Of a stretch of DNA of 64,000 bases, positions 50,501 to 61,987 are shown piece by piece. How positions within the stretch are numbered: the first letter of the stretch is position 1; the number at the start of each line of letters is the position of its first letter. Origin of the DNA: Hypanus sabinus. Its lineage: Eukaryota. Location of the stretch: positions 28,024,001-28,088,000 of the forward strand of contig NC_082731.1 of the NCBI RefSeq assembly GCF_030144855.1, in the 5' to 3' direction. A program made the position numbers and the translations under genes. Under the pieces are notes generated by a model. The model ran no database searches. It saw nothing but the letters and a program-made list of their open reading frames with translations, and was not told where the DNA came from.

Positions 50501-51275
50501 TTTGATGACCTTCTCAAGATCACCCAAACCTTCTACACATTTAACCCCATGCCCCTTCTGACCAACCCTCTGTACATGTAACTCTTCCAACACATGTTCT
50601 GTCTCACCTTTCTCCTTTACACAATTAATATTTGGGAAACGTGTATTCCCCACCTCTCCCTTATCCTTCATCATATCATCTTCTCTCATAATCTGGATCC
50701 CTGCCCCCTGCACATCTAGTTTAAACCCCCCCGAGCAGCACTGGCAAACATTCCTGCAAGAATGTTAGTACCCCTCCAGTTCAGATGTAGACCGTCCCTT
50801 TGAAACAGATCCCAATGTCCCTAGAACAAAGACCAATTATCCAAAAACCTGAACCCTTCCTTCCTGCACCATGCTCTCAGCCTCGTATTAATGTGCATAA
50901 TCACCCTATTCTTCGCCTCACTCGCACGTGGCACAGGTAGCAATCCCGAGATTGTCACCCTGGAGGTCCTGCCTTTCAGCTTCCCTCCTAACTCCCTGAA
51001 CTCTCTAAGCAGGACCCCCTCACTCACCTTACCTACATCGTTGGTCCCTACATGGACCACTACATCTGGGTTCATGCCCTCGTTCTCAAGAATAGCCTGC
51101 ACCTGATCTGAGATGTCCCGGACCCTGGCACCATGGAGGCAACATACCATCCGAGACTCCCGATCTGCCCCACAAAATCTCCTATCTGCCCCCTGACTAT
51201 AGAATCCCCTAAAACTATCACTCTCTTCTCTTCCATCCTCCCCTTTCTAGTTGAGGATTCAACCTCTGTGCCAGG
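47537..51275 (-). mobile_element. Young CR1 LINE: partial ORF1 (SGNH esterase) and nearly complete ORF2 (APE-RT), 3' tail (TTGTCTA)-like
   Basis: VVVHVGTNDVG, ISGLLPVPRA (esterase); LYLNAHSVRNK, GITETWL, SDHNMI (APE); YLDFQKAFDKVPH, QGSVLGP, FADDTKL (RT). One frameshift near 48950 and two stops between 48230 and 48295. Confidence 0.93.
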
Positions 51276-52085
51276 AGATCACGTGAACGATCTCTGGAAG
51301 GTAGATCCACACCGCATCAGGTTCCTTATCCAGGTTGTTTATGATGTCCCTCCTAGCCCATCAAACCTGCATTGCTGTGGGAACGACCAGCTTGCCCCCT
51401 CTGTGAGAAGACCGGTACGCTAGAACATATTCTGAGCTGCTGCCCCAGAGCTCTTGCCGATGGCCATTATCAAAGGCGACATGACCAGGTCCTCCGGACA
51501 ATTGCTGAGACAATCTGCAGCACCCTTAACATCTGCCGGAAAACAAGTTGGTCAAGAATACTATCTGCTTTGTCAAAGAGGGGGAAACAAACAGAACACC
51601 AGAGACTACATTGCGGCCCGTCATTGTGTCGTGGTCGAAATCATCGAAACACGTTCTAATGCTTGAGCTTACCGTGCCAAGGGAAGAACACATGGAGAAG
51701 GCCTACAAATTGAAAAAAGCCAAATATGAAGATCTGAGGAATAACTACCAAAGAAGAGGCTGGAGAGCAAAGTGTTGGCCCGTGGAGGTTGTGTGTCGTG
51801 GCTTTGCAGGCCAGTCACTCTGCAAAGTATACACTGCACTTGGAATCATGGGAGAGAGAAGAAGAAGAGCCGTTTCTACCACCAGAGATACAGCAGAGAA
51901 AGTTTCAAGACGGCTCTGGATAAAGAGGGCAGATCCATGGGTTGCTGCTAGGGGTCTGATCAACCCCAGTCGGGTCGCCTGGATGAGGATGTATGATGTT
52001 GAAAGACCCGAAACACCTGACGACCACGGGTAACATCACTGACGATGTGCCCTAGCTTAGCATCATGCAGATGTTTGTATAAGAA
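51276..52085 (+). mobile_element. HERO-type element, right part: CCHC zinc knuckle and restriction-like endonuclease
   Basis: DLWKVDPHRIRFLIQVVYD; CPLCEKTGTLEHILSCC...RRHDQVL; RPVIVSW (catalytic D lost), LELTVPREE...KKAKYEDL, WPVEVVCRGF. Confidence 0.82.
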
Positions 52086-52430
52086 TCAACAATCACATGT
52101 AGTACCAGAGGACCAATGTTATACCACCAACAGGTGCTTACCGTGCTATCCCACGTCCACATGTTGGAAAGTCTGACCACCTGGATGTACTTCCACTCCC
52201 TGAGTATAGGCCTGTGAACCTCCGCCATCTGATATCTGAATGAAAAATGAACACTACCTCACTACTGATTTATTTCTCCATTTGCACTACTTACTTAAAC
52301 TATTTAATGAATAAAGATATACATCTCCTGTAATTCAGATTTTTCTCTCTTATTATGTATTGCATTGTACAGCTGCTGCAGAGACAACGGAGTTCATGAT
52401 ATGTGCCGGTGATATTAAGTCTGATTCTGA
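52085..52430 (+). mobile_element. Rex1/Babar-type element, right part and 3' end
   Basis: ITCSTRG, AYRAIPRPHVGKSDH, then a 3' UTR ending tctgattctga. Confidence 0.65.
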
Positions 52431-54560
52431 TAGATCAGGAAATTATGCCAGAATGCCAGCTGTTTGAAAAGGCTGATTGGGGAAAGTTTAAAGAAATAAG
52501 TGATCCGGAATGACAGAATATTGAAATCAATCAGGATGTGGATCTTTTATGTGACAAGATTGTGGAAGGGATAATAACAGCAGCAACAATATGTGTCCTA
52601 AGGAAATGGAACAGAGCTGAAAGGAAAATGGTGCCATGGTGGAGAAAAGACTGTGGGGAAGCAATAAGACAAATTAATCGAGCATTCAGAATGGAATAGA
52701 GGACACACAATTTTCCAAAGTTATTTCAGTACTAAAAATGTAAGCAATAGTAAGAAAGCAATTTGAAAGTAGAAACAGAAATATTGGAGTAAGTTTTACG
52801 ACTCCGGAGGAATACGAACTCCCATTGAAAGAGTTTGGAAGATGATAAAAAGAATGAATGGTGTCAACAGGAAAATTGGATACCCAGTGTTACCTGATGG
52901 GGAAGGTTTGAACACCAAATTATATAAGTTGGGAATTAGAGGAAAATGCTGAATTGGAATAAAGATTTTAAAATTGGTATATCTATCATGGTGTGAGGAG
53001 GGAAATCTATGTCAAGTAAACTGATTGTGGAAAATAGAATCCCTCAGGGAAGTGTGGGTGGCCCATTATTATTTACTACAATGATAAATGATATATTTTC
53101 TAATATAAATAGTATTGGAATGTCATTGTGTGTGGATGATGGAGCTATGTGGAAAAGGGGTGGGAATGTTGAATTTATAACATGGAAACATCAAGAGGCA
53201 AAGTTTTGGTGAAACGGCATGAAAATGGGAATTCAGCTTTTCGGTAGAGAAATCCAAATTAATGCTTTTTACTAGGAAGAGGATAGAAAAAACACTGAAA
53301 ACTGAGACTTTGTGTAATAGAACTAGACAATGTGGAAACATTTTAAATTTTTAAGCATTTGGTTTGAAAATAGACTCACATGATCAGCACGTATTAAAGA
53401 AGTAATCAAAAGTAAGAAAGTGCTGAATTCAAAGTCAAGAAATAAGGTTAATCAGTGGGGGAATAAGGACAACACCAGTGGAGGCAATGCAGGTGGAGTT
53501 GGGAGAGACACCTCTGGAACTGAGAAGAACACAGCTTTCATTAACATATTGGGTCAAGCTACAAGGGCCTGGAGAAAATCATCCAACTCAATAGCTTTTA
53601 GATCCATGCTCAGACAAGGAAAGAAAGAAATTCAGAAGTTTAGGGTGCACTATTGAAGGAAAAGCAGGAAGGACAGGAATTAGTAATAAGGTAGCGAGTG
53701 ATACAGAGCCTTTTCCTGGGCTGTCTCCATGACTGTGAAGCACCAGAGATGGATCCTAAATTATTCAAAAAGAGAAGTGATTTTAATTGAAAATATTGTT
53801 GAATATTATGTAACTATTATTATGGATATTTTCAAATGTACACAATGCTTTAAAAACAATAATAGTAGATTTTGGGTAGAATTTGTAGTGCCTGACTTTA
53901 ACATGAAAAAGCAGGTGAGGATAAATGATGATTTATCTGTGTATACAGGTGAAATGACAGCTGGGCTATTCACTTTGGAGTGGGTGGAGGAAGTGAGACC
54001 AATGAGAGTTGTAATATTCTCTAATCAGAAGTCTAAAAGACTTGCATGCAGTAGCAAGACCAGAAATTGTATGTGGAATGATACAAACCTTATTTCAACC
54101 TAAAAATAATATCCAGAAAGAACTGGAATGGTCGAGGAATGCAGAAAAAAGAAGAAGGAGGAGGTGATAATATCGAGATTGAGGATTGGGCACAAAGGGT
54201 TAAAGTACATTGTTCTAAATGAAGAAACACAATAATGGGAGGTGTGAATATTGTAAAAAAAACAAGATGTAATCGAGAGAGGGGATGGTTGATTTTAAAG
54301 TTATCACTGCATAAAATATGATTGAACATTAACAGCATTTTGCAGAAAAGTTCACAGGACTACTGCTCTAAATATATTGCACAGTTTCTTGAAGAACACA
54401 GTTCTTTTTTTAAATAAAATTGGATACGAACATAAATATGGGGTCAAATACTGTATAAATATGTGGGTCTAGATATGTTGAACCACACTCCAATTCAGAA
54501 GTTAGTGGTAATGCACCTTAAACCTTGGAAACCTATCGACTATTGAAGTTGATGTTAAGG
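52431..54560 (+). mobile_element. Nimb/I-clade LINE, right part (RT remnants, RNase H, C-terminal region)
   Basis: IDQEIMPECQLFEKADWGKFKEI; PQGSVGGPLLF, CVDDGAMWKRG; SVYTGEMTA...EWVEEVRPMRVVIFS (RNase H); EEVIISRLRIGH. Confidence 0.75.
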
Positions 54561-54879
54561 AGTTGATGTGGAGAGGATCTTGCGGAGTGTGGGGATGTAA
54601 ATGTACACAGGCCATTCCCACCTAGACTGTTAGCCAAAGGAAGACAGTGAAAGGAAACTCCAGTGTAAAAGATAGGCAAACACAGTGAACCAGACCTCCC
54701 ACCTACCAGCTTCTATTCCTGCCGCCATTGGTTAAAATGCCTGGGGTTCTCCTCCCGTGCATCTTTTATCCGGTTAGAAAAATACACAGACCACCTGCCT
54801 CTATTGGTTGGACGTCTGCATGTTCACACCCTCCCTTTTAATTTCCATTAGTTTTCGTGCAGAGCCATTGTCAGTCTTG

Positions 54880-55260
54880 CCATACCATTGGTCACTTTTT
54901 AAAGTTGTGGGGGGGGGCCTGTATAACAGCAAGAAAATTTTTCAGAAAGGTCCGTTAAAGTGGATGTTTCAGCAAAGCTGTAAAATTGTGAAGAGGTGAG
55001 GGAAGGGGTGGAGCAAGTGCTGTCAGGTGATAGGTGCCTCCAGGTGAGCGGGTTGACAGATTGGGAAAGGAAAAGTGGGAACAGCGCTGGAAAGTTGTAG
55101 GTGAGGGTGGAAGTGACAAAAGGCTGAAGATAATGGAATCTGATAGGAAAGGACAGTGGAGCATGAACTAATGGGAGAGAGGTGCGGAGAGCAGAGGAGT
55201 GCAGTGGGGGATGGGAACCAGTGGGAGGAGAGTGTGAGTTGTATCACGGACTGGTATGGA
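54880..55260 (-). mobile_element. Penelope-like 3' remnant
   Basis: Reverse complement resembles the pyrimidine-rich 3' region of the PLEs at 5290-5570 and 59190-59450. Confidence 0.5.
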
Positions 55261-55799
55261 AACCCTTTGAATGGAAAAGCCTACAAAAACTCATGGATAC
55301 AGACCAGCCCATCACAGGTAAAGCCCTTGTGACTGTGAACGAATTCACCAGAGAGACACTGAAGCTGGTGGATTTAGAAATATTTATTCAGCAAAACAAG
55401 CAACAGGCATCATACTCCAGATACTCATAGATGAAGAAGGCTGCCTGACCCTGTATTACATGAAATTTTTACAGGCTAAAGATCAAACGTAACAACAGGA
55501 GAATTCTGTAGTTAAAATGCATCCAGAATGCTCCCTTTAAATTACATATAATTTTCAAATACCTCCATCTTCACATCCACACTCCAGACACCCAAAATGA
55601 ATATTAATCCCCACTGACTCTGGGCCACAATCATGCATATGCAGGTATCTGAGGTCGAATTTAGAGTTTCTTTGTTGTAATCAACCCCATTCTGCAGCTC
55701 CAAGAACACATTGTTCTGGGTGCATTTTAAACTCAATCTACATTACATGTTTATGTATGAAGACTGGTTGCTGTTGAAGTTAGTATTTGCTATTTACCA

Positions 55800-56300
55800 T
55801 AATTCCAGAATACACCCTAACGTCTCTCCACACGATTGAACACATCTACAAGGAGTGCTGTTGCAGGAAAGCAGCATCCATCATCGAGCACGTCCACCAT
55901 CCAGGACATGCTCTCTTCTCACTGCTGCCATCAGGAAGAAGGTACAGAAGCCTTGTGTCCCAGACCACCAGGTTCAGGAACAGTTATTACCGCTCAACCA
56001 TCAGGCTCTTGAACCAGAGTGGATAACTTCACTCACACCAACAATGAACTGATTCCTCAGATGTAGGAGCGAATTAGGCCATTTGATCTGTTGAGTCTGC
56101 TCCACAACCTAAGGACTCTCTGTCACGGATTCTACAACTGATTCACAACATTATTTATTTATTATTAATAAATTATTTATGCATTTACTCTTATTCTTTT
56201 GATTTCTTTCTTATATTTGCACACTTTCTTGTCTTTTGCACATTGGTTCTTTGTCCATCTTTGTTGTGTGTAGTTTTTCATTGATTCTTTTGGGTTTCTT
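55800..56300 (+). mobile_element. Rex1/Babar-type 3' end
   Basis: IYKECCCRKAASII..HHPGHALFSLLPSGRRYRSL...TTRFRNSYY. Confidence 0.8.
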
Positions 56301-56859
56301 TATATTTGCTGTGAATACCTGCAAGAAAATGAATCTTGGGGAAGGATATAGTGACAAATATGTACTTTGATAATACATTTACTTTGAACTTTGGGTGATC
56401 TTCCAGTGTGGAGGTGGAGGAGGACAGAGAGACGATGTTGGGAGCCAGATAGATCAGAGCTGGAAGGAAAGGCCGAGAGGGAGAGCAGTTACTGGATGCT
56501 GAAGAATTCAATTTTAATGCTGTCGAGGTGCAGGCTCCCCTGGAGGATATCAAAAGGCCCAGGACCCTACCATTTACTGCAGAAGACTTTGCCTGGTTTG
56601 ACCTCCCAAACTGGAACACATCCTGCAGTGTCACAGAGCACTGAAATAGGACACTTGGCCTAACTGGTTGATGTGGACCAAGTTTCACATCAAAATTGCC
56701 CATTTGCCACTGCACACCACACATCCCTCTAAAACACCAACCCTTTTATGCCATGGACTAATATGATTTAACGAAGGGTCCACAGACCCCCGGTTGGGAA
56801 CCCATGCTCCAAATCCTACCAATCCATGTACCTGTCCAATTGTTTTTCTTAACTTTTTT

Positions 56860-57500
56860 GTCTTCCTCACTGAAGACTGATGTAAAGTATTTGTTCAGTT
56901 CATCCACCATTTCCTGTTCCCCATTACTACCTTGCCAGCATCTTTTTCCAGCGGTTCGATAAACACTCTTGCCTCTCTTTTACACTCTATGTATCTGATG
57001 AACATTTTTATATCCTCTTTAATATTATTGGCTTGCTTCCTTTTGTATTCATCTGAAACTTCTTTCTGACTTTTTTAGTTTCCTTCTGCTGCTTTGTAAA
57101 ACCTTTACAATCCTTGTACTTCCCACCAGTTTTTGCTCAATTATACACCCTCTCTTTGGCTTTTATTTTGGCTTTGACCGCTTGTTTGCCATGGTTGCAT
57201 CATCTTGCTTTTAGAATACTTCTTCCTCTTTGGGATGTATATATCCTGTGCCTTCTGAATTGCTTCCAGAAATTCCCACCATTGCTGCTCTGCTGTCATC
57301 CCTACCAGAGTTCTTTTCTAATCAACTCCTCTGTCATGCCACTGTAATTTCCTTTACTCCACTGTAATACTGATACATCTGACTTTACCTTCTCATATTT
57401 CATGTTGAAATTGATCATATTATTATCATTTTCCCCAAAGAGGTCATTTACCTTCAGCTCTCTGATCAATTCCGGTTCATTACACAATAGCCAACATGCC
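56860..57500 (-). mobile_element. CR1 ORF2 fragment, degenerate
   Basis: EPELIRELKVNDLFGEND.NMINF...VSVLQWSKGNYSGM, homologous to 49700-49850. Confidence 0.7.
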
Positions 57501-58789
57501 CACAATGATATTGGACCTCCACGGTTTCAGGTGTAACCTGTCTTTTTTGTAGAGGTCATACCTTCACCAAAAGAGATCCCAATGACGCATAAATCTGAAC
57601 CTCTGCCCCCTGCATCAGTTCAGGATCTTCTCACTTTGTCTACCCTTGTCATTAATGCTAGTATGTACCAAGACTGTGACTGGAGTCCTTGATGATGATG
57701 GTTTGGACTCAGAAGCTGGGGTATGCAAAGCAAAGTTCAAGACATGTATCAAACTAGATTTGAGCACAAAACAAATGCTAGACGATATCACAAGTAGGGT
57801 TATGACTGAGCACCAAACCTCTGTTCAGCTGTTCCTTAAACACTCAAATCTTGTCATCCAAACCATGATTACCAATTAGTGGGACTGTCTTGATCCCTGA
57901 AAGGCACCAAGATAGCTACCTGTGCTCTGCAGGGTTAGACCATCTAAATCCCGGAAGCTGGTGCGGATGGGAGGTTTTTGTAATAGGAACCCCTGGCCTA
58001 CGGCTGATTCCTCAATTCATGAGGGCACTTGCTGCTCGAAGAAGCAGCGATGATGATCATGGATGAGGGCCATTTCTAAGATGTCTCTGTCAGGCACCCA
58101 GTGCCTGGATGGGAGCAGGGCTGATGGTGGTGATGCTCAGGGGCTGATGCAGACAGGCTTTAATTTAAGGTGAGATTGATCCTTAGGGTCTTGGGGAGCT
58201 GCAAGGTATAAGCAAGGTTTCTTTTCCTATGGACTTTGAAGGTTCCTGTGATCTTGGCTGCCTACTTTCTAGATTCCACCCAGAGATGCAAATCATGAGA
58301 GGACAGCCAGTCCTGTTGCTCAGGCTGTAAAGTGGGTCCCTGCCTTCTCCTTCAACTCATTTGGTTTCCGCCCTCGGGGTAGAGGCCAACAAAATTTCTC
58401 TTGCCATAATCCATTTCTGCTTGCAGCATTGGATGAAATCTTCAGCTGCAGAGACCCCAACCTCGGCCTACTGTACCAGAACAAGAGGCAGAGGATAACC
58501 AAACTGACATCCCATGTGATGAATGCTGTAACGTGTTCTGGGTGACCTCTGCCCAAATAGTCACACCGCTCATCAGGTCTTTCCGAGGCCAGGCATCTTG
58601 GGGTAAGTTCTTGATTGGTCAGCTCGGTCTGACCATTGATTGGAGTGAAACCCAGAGGAAAGGCTTGCCGTTTCCCCTATCAGTTTACAGAATGCCCTTC
58701 AGAGATGTGATGTGAATTGTGGACCATGATCCAGGAGAATGTCCACCGGGAATCTGTAGATCCTGAAGACTTGGTCCAGAACAATTCCA

Positions 58790-59580
58790 GCCATCTCCAG
58801 TTATACTTCCCTATACTTCCTCCCTCACCACCATTCAGGTCCCCAGACAGTCCTTCCAGGTGAGGCGACACTTCACCTGTGAGTCGGCTGGTGTGGTATA
58901 CTGTGTCTGGTGCTTCCAATGTGGCCTTTTATATATTGATGAGACCCGACGCAGACTGGGAGACCATTTTGCTGAACACCTACGCTCGGTCCACCGGAGA
59001 AAGCAGGATCTCCCAGTGGCCACACATTTTAATTCTATGTCCCACTCCCATTCTGATATGTCTATCCATGGACTCCTCTACTGTCAAAATGAATCCAAAC
59101 TCAGGTTGGAGGAACAACACCTTATATACCGGCTGGGTAGCCTCCAAGCTGATGGCATGAACATTGACTTCTCTAACTTCCGTTAATGCCCCTCCTCCCC
59201 TTCTTACCCCATCCCTGACATATTTAGTTGTCTGCCTGTTCTCCATCTCCCTCTGGTGTTCCCCCCCCCCCCCACTTTCTCCCGAGGCCTCCTGTCCCAT
59301 GATCCTTTCCCTTCTCCAGCTCTGTATCACTTTCGCCAATCAACTTTCCAGCTCTTTGCTTCATCCCACCCCCTCCAGTCTTCTCCTATCATTTTGCATT
59401 TTCCCCTCCCCACACTACTTTCAAATCTCTTACTATCTTTCCTTTCAGTTAGTCCTGACGAAGGGTCTCGGCCCGAAACGTCGACAGTGCTTTTCCTTAT
59501 AGATGCTGCCTGGCCTGCTGCGTTCCACCAGCATTTTGTGTGTGTTGTTTGAATATCCAGCATCTGCAGATTTCCTCATG
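58790..59580 (+). mobile_element. Penelope-like element 3' part: GIY-YIG endonuclease and terminal repeat
   Basis: FTCESAGVVYCVWCFQCGLLYIDETRRRLGDHFAEH...VATHFN...EQHLIYRLGSL..GMN, open to a stop at 59186. Confidence 0.88.
59451..59485 (+). ncRNA. Minimal type I hammerhead ribozyme motif in the PLE terminal repeat
   Basis: gtc-CTGACGA-a-GGG-tctcgg-CCC-GAAA-C-GTC|gac: CUGAnGA core (59455-59461), 3-bp stem II, GAAA box, GUC triplet ending 59482, short gtc/gac stem I. Confidence 0.75.
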
Positions 59581-61159
59581 TCCACTACAGATATTAGCTT
59601 CCCGAAGGGAATGGACTGGCAGGCTTTAGAAAACCAATGACAATTTCCATCATGACCGATATCCCCCTGGATGGTGGGAGACCTGTGACAAAGTCCATGG
59701 AGATGTGTGTCCAATGTCTTTATAGAACAGGTAGGGGGTGGAGGAGCCCTTGAGGTGTGGTTCTGTTTGTTTCGAGTGCACATCTTGCATGCCTGCATGA
59801 ACTGTCAAAGTTCCTCCGACATTTGGGCCACTGATACTGCTCTTAATAAATGAGAGTCCTGGGTGTGCAGTTATTCTCAATGAATATCCCCATTGGAGTA
59901 CCTGGAACCAGACAAAGCTCCGGACATACAGCTGACCTGGAAGGCCGTTCTCAGAAATCCCTCCCTGTGCTTTATCCTATTGAACAAGAGTGTTGATTTC
60001 CCCAATGTATTGGTTCTCCCACCCTGGCTTGTGGTAAAAAGGTGGTAGGCTGTTCCTCTCATTCCGGTTCATCACAATGACAGGACTGGGTGTCTGGCTT
60101 TGGTTCTTTGATTCTGGTCCTTAGGTCAGGATGAACTCAATGTGGTTAAAAAAACAAAGACCACATGGTCTGCCTCGGATTCAACCTCTTGTCCTCCTGG
60201 ATATAAGCCAGGTTCTTCTGGTCAATCCAACTGATAAAAGGGTTCATGTTCCCCTTGAGCCAGTGACGCCATTCCTCCAAAGCTGTCTTAAATGCAAGGA
60301 GCTGCTGATTCCCGTTGTCATAGTTCCTCTCTGCTGGAAATTGCCGCCCGGAGAAGAATGCAATTGGTGGAGTTTGCCGTCCAAAGGTGATCATTAAGTC
60401 AAGATGGCACCCACTCTGATGTCTGAGGCATTCACCTCCATGATGATGGCAAAGTCCAGGTTAGGAGAAACGAAGATGGAAGCTCTTGGGAGCCACTGAT
60501 TGAGGTCGATAAAAGTAGTCTCTGCTTCAGTAGTCCTGACTTAAGGGTCTGTGGAATTCTTAATTAGTGACATCATTGGAGCTGCCACTGAGCTGAAGTT
60601 CCTGATGAACTTCCGGTAGAAGGTTGGAGACCCCAGGAATCTTTGGACATGTTTGATGCCAGATGGTGGTTGGCAGTCCCTGACAGCCTGGGTCTTGGTA
60701 GGGTCCATCTTGAGATTGCCATTGGAGATGATGAGCCCCGAAAATGAAACAGTCGTAACATGGAACTCGGATTCTCCAACTTGAAGACTCTTTAACATCC
60801 CTGACATGAACAAAATTCTCCTCCATGGACTCAGTGAAGATTAGGATGTCATCCAAGTAGACAACAGCATAGTTATGTAGTGTTTATAAAGGCCTGGAAA
60901 ATGGCTGGAGCATTCACAAGGCTGAAGAGAATAACCAGGCACTCAGAAAGCCCCATCAGTGTATTGAATGTAGTCTTCCACTCATCGCATCAGTCATATG
61001 GGCCAGATTGTATGCGCTCTGTCGGTCTAGTTTTGAGAATACTCTCACTCCTTGGAGCATCTCGAAGGCCATATTAATGAATGTTAGGGCTTAGCAAATT
61101 CTGGCTGTTTGGCAGTTTAATCCTGTATAATCAATACCTAGCCGCAGGGCCCTATCCTT

Positions 61160-61830
61160 CTTTTGTATGAAGAAGAAACTTGTGACTGGGGTTGAGGTGA
61201 AAGGCCAAATGAAGCCTGTAGCAAGGACCTCCTCAATAAACTCATCCATTATGCTTCATTCTGGGCCCGAGAGTGCATACAATCAATCGCGCAGTGGACC
61301 GGTACTGAGCAACAGGTCTATCAGACAGACGTATGGTCAGTGCACTGGAAGAGTTGAGGCTTTTTCCTTGCTTAAGACCTCATTCAAGTTCTTGTAAACA
61401 GAAGGAATTTCAACCTGTTTGTGTGTTCCTATCTCCTCTGGATCTTCCTTCGAGGATGACTGCTAAGGTTTATTTGGGGCAGGAGTGATTCAGCAGACCT
61501 CAGAGTCCACTCCCTCAGCTCACAAAGCTCATTCATGGAAACGGGGCAAATTAGAGTCCAAATCCCCATCTGTATCCTTAGATGATGGCAGCGAGGCTTT
61601 ACAGAGAGTTATTCCCCCCTGGAAATAGGCTTCAAGGTTCGGTGAAGAGGAGTCTTTTCTCTTCCTTTGGAACTGGTGGCTGGATTCCTTAAGCTTGGCT
61701 AGCTTATTTCCGTATTCCATCTTCTGCTTCTTTTAAGACTTTTTTATTTGCCTACTGGTGGTTTTTTAAATCTTCCCATTCTAACTTTCCACTGATTTTT
61801 GCTCTATTATAGTAACTTCTTTCCACAGAT
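61160..61830 (-). mobile_element. CR1 ORF2 fragments, degenerate
   Basis: Similar to CR1 APE-RT linker and C-terminal regions elsewhere in the window. Confidence 0.5.
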
Positions 61831-61987
61831 AGTGGGTTCACTAGTCCATAGTTCCCAGCATTTGATTTTTATTTACAGCCCTTCTTAAAGGGCAAAATTA
61901 TTCGTACATATCATGTTTGTCCCAGAAAGCATCTGAAAGGTCCAGAGAACTGAATTCCTGCACCCTATGCAAGGTTTCAGCAATGTA

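Larger units (their letters stand above)
57880..60870 (-). mobile_element. Gypsy/Ty3 pol fragment (RT, RNase H, integrase) split by a Penelope-like element
   Basis: VVYLDDILIF near 60850, [39 protein letters not shown]; integrase similar to 32000-32600 on both sides of 58790-59580. Confidence 0.85.

Noticed and set aside
48920-50713. 597-aa ORF as a functional host gene
   Set aside because: It is CR1 ORF2 (APE and linker), broken from the RT by a frameshift and later stops.
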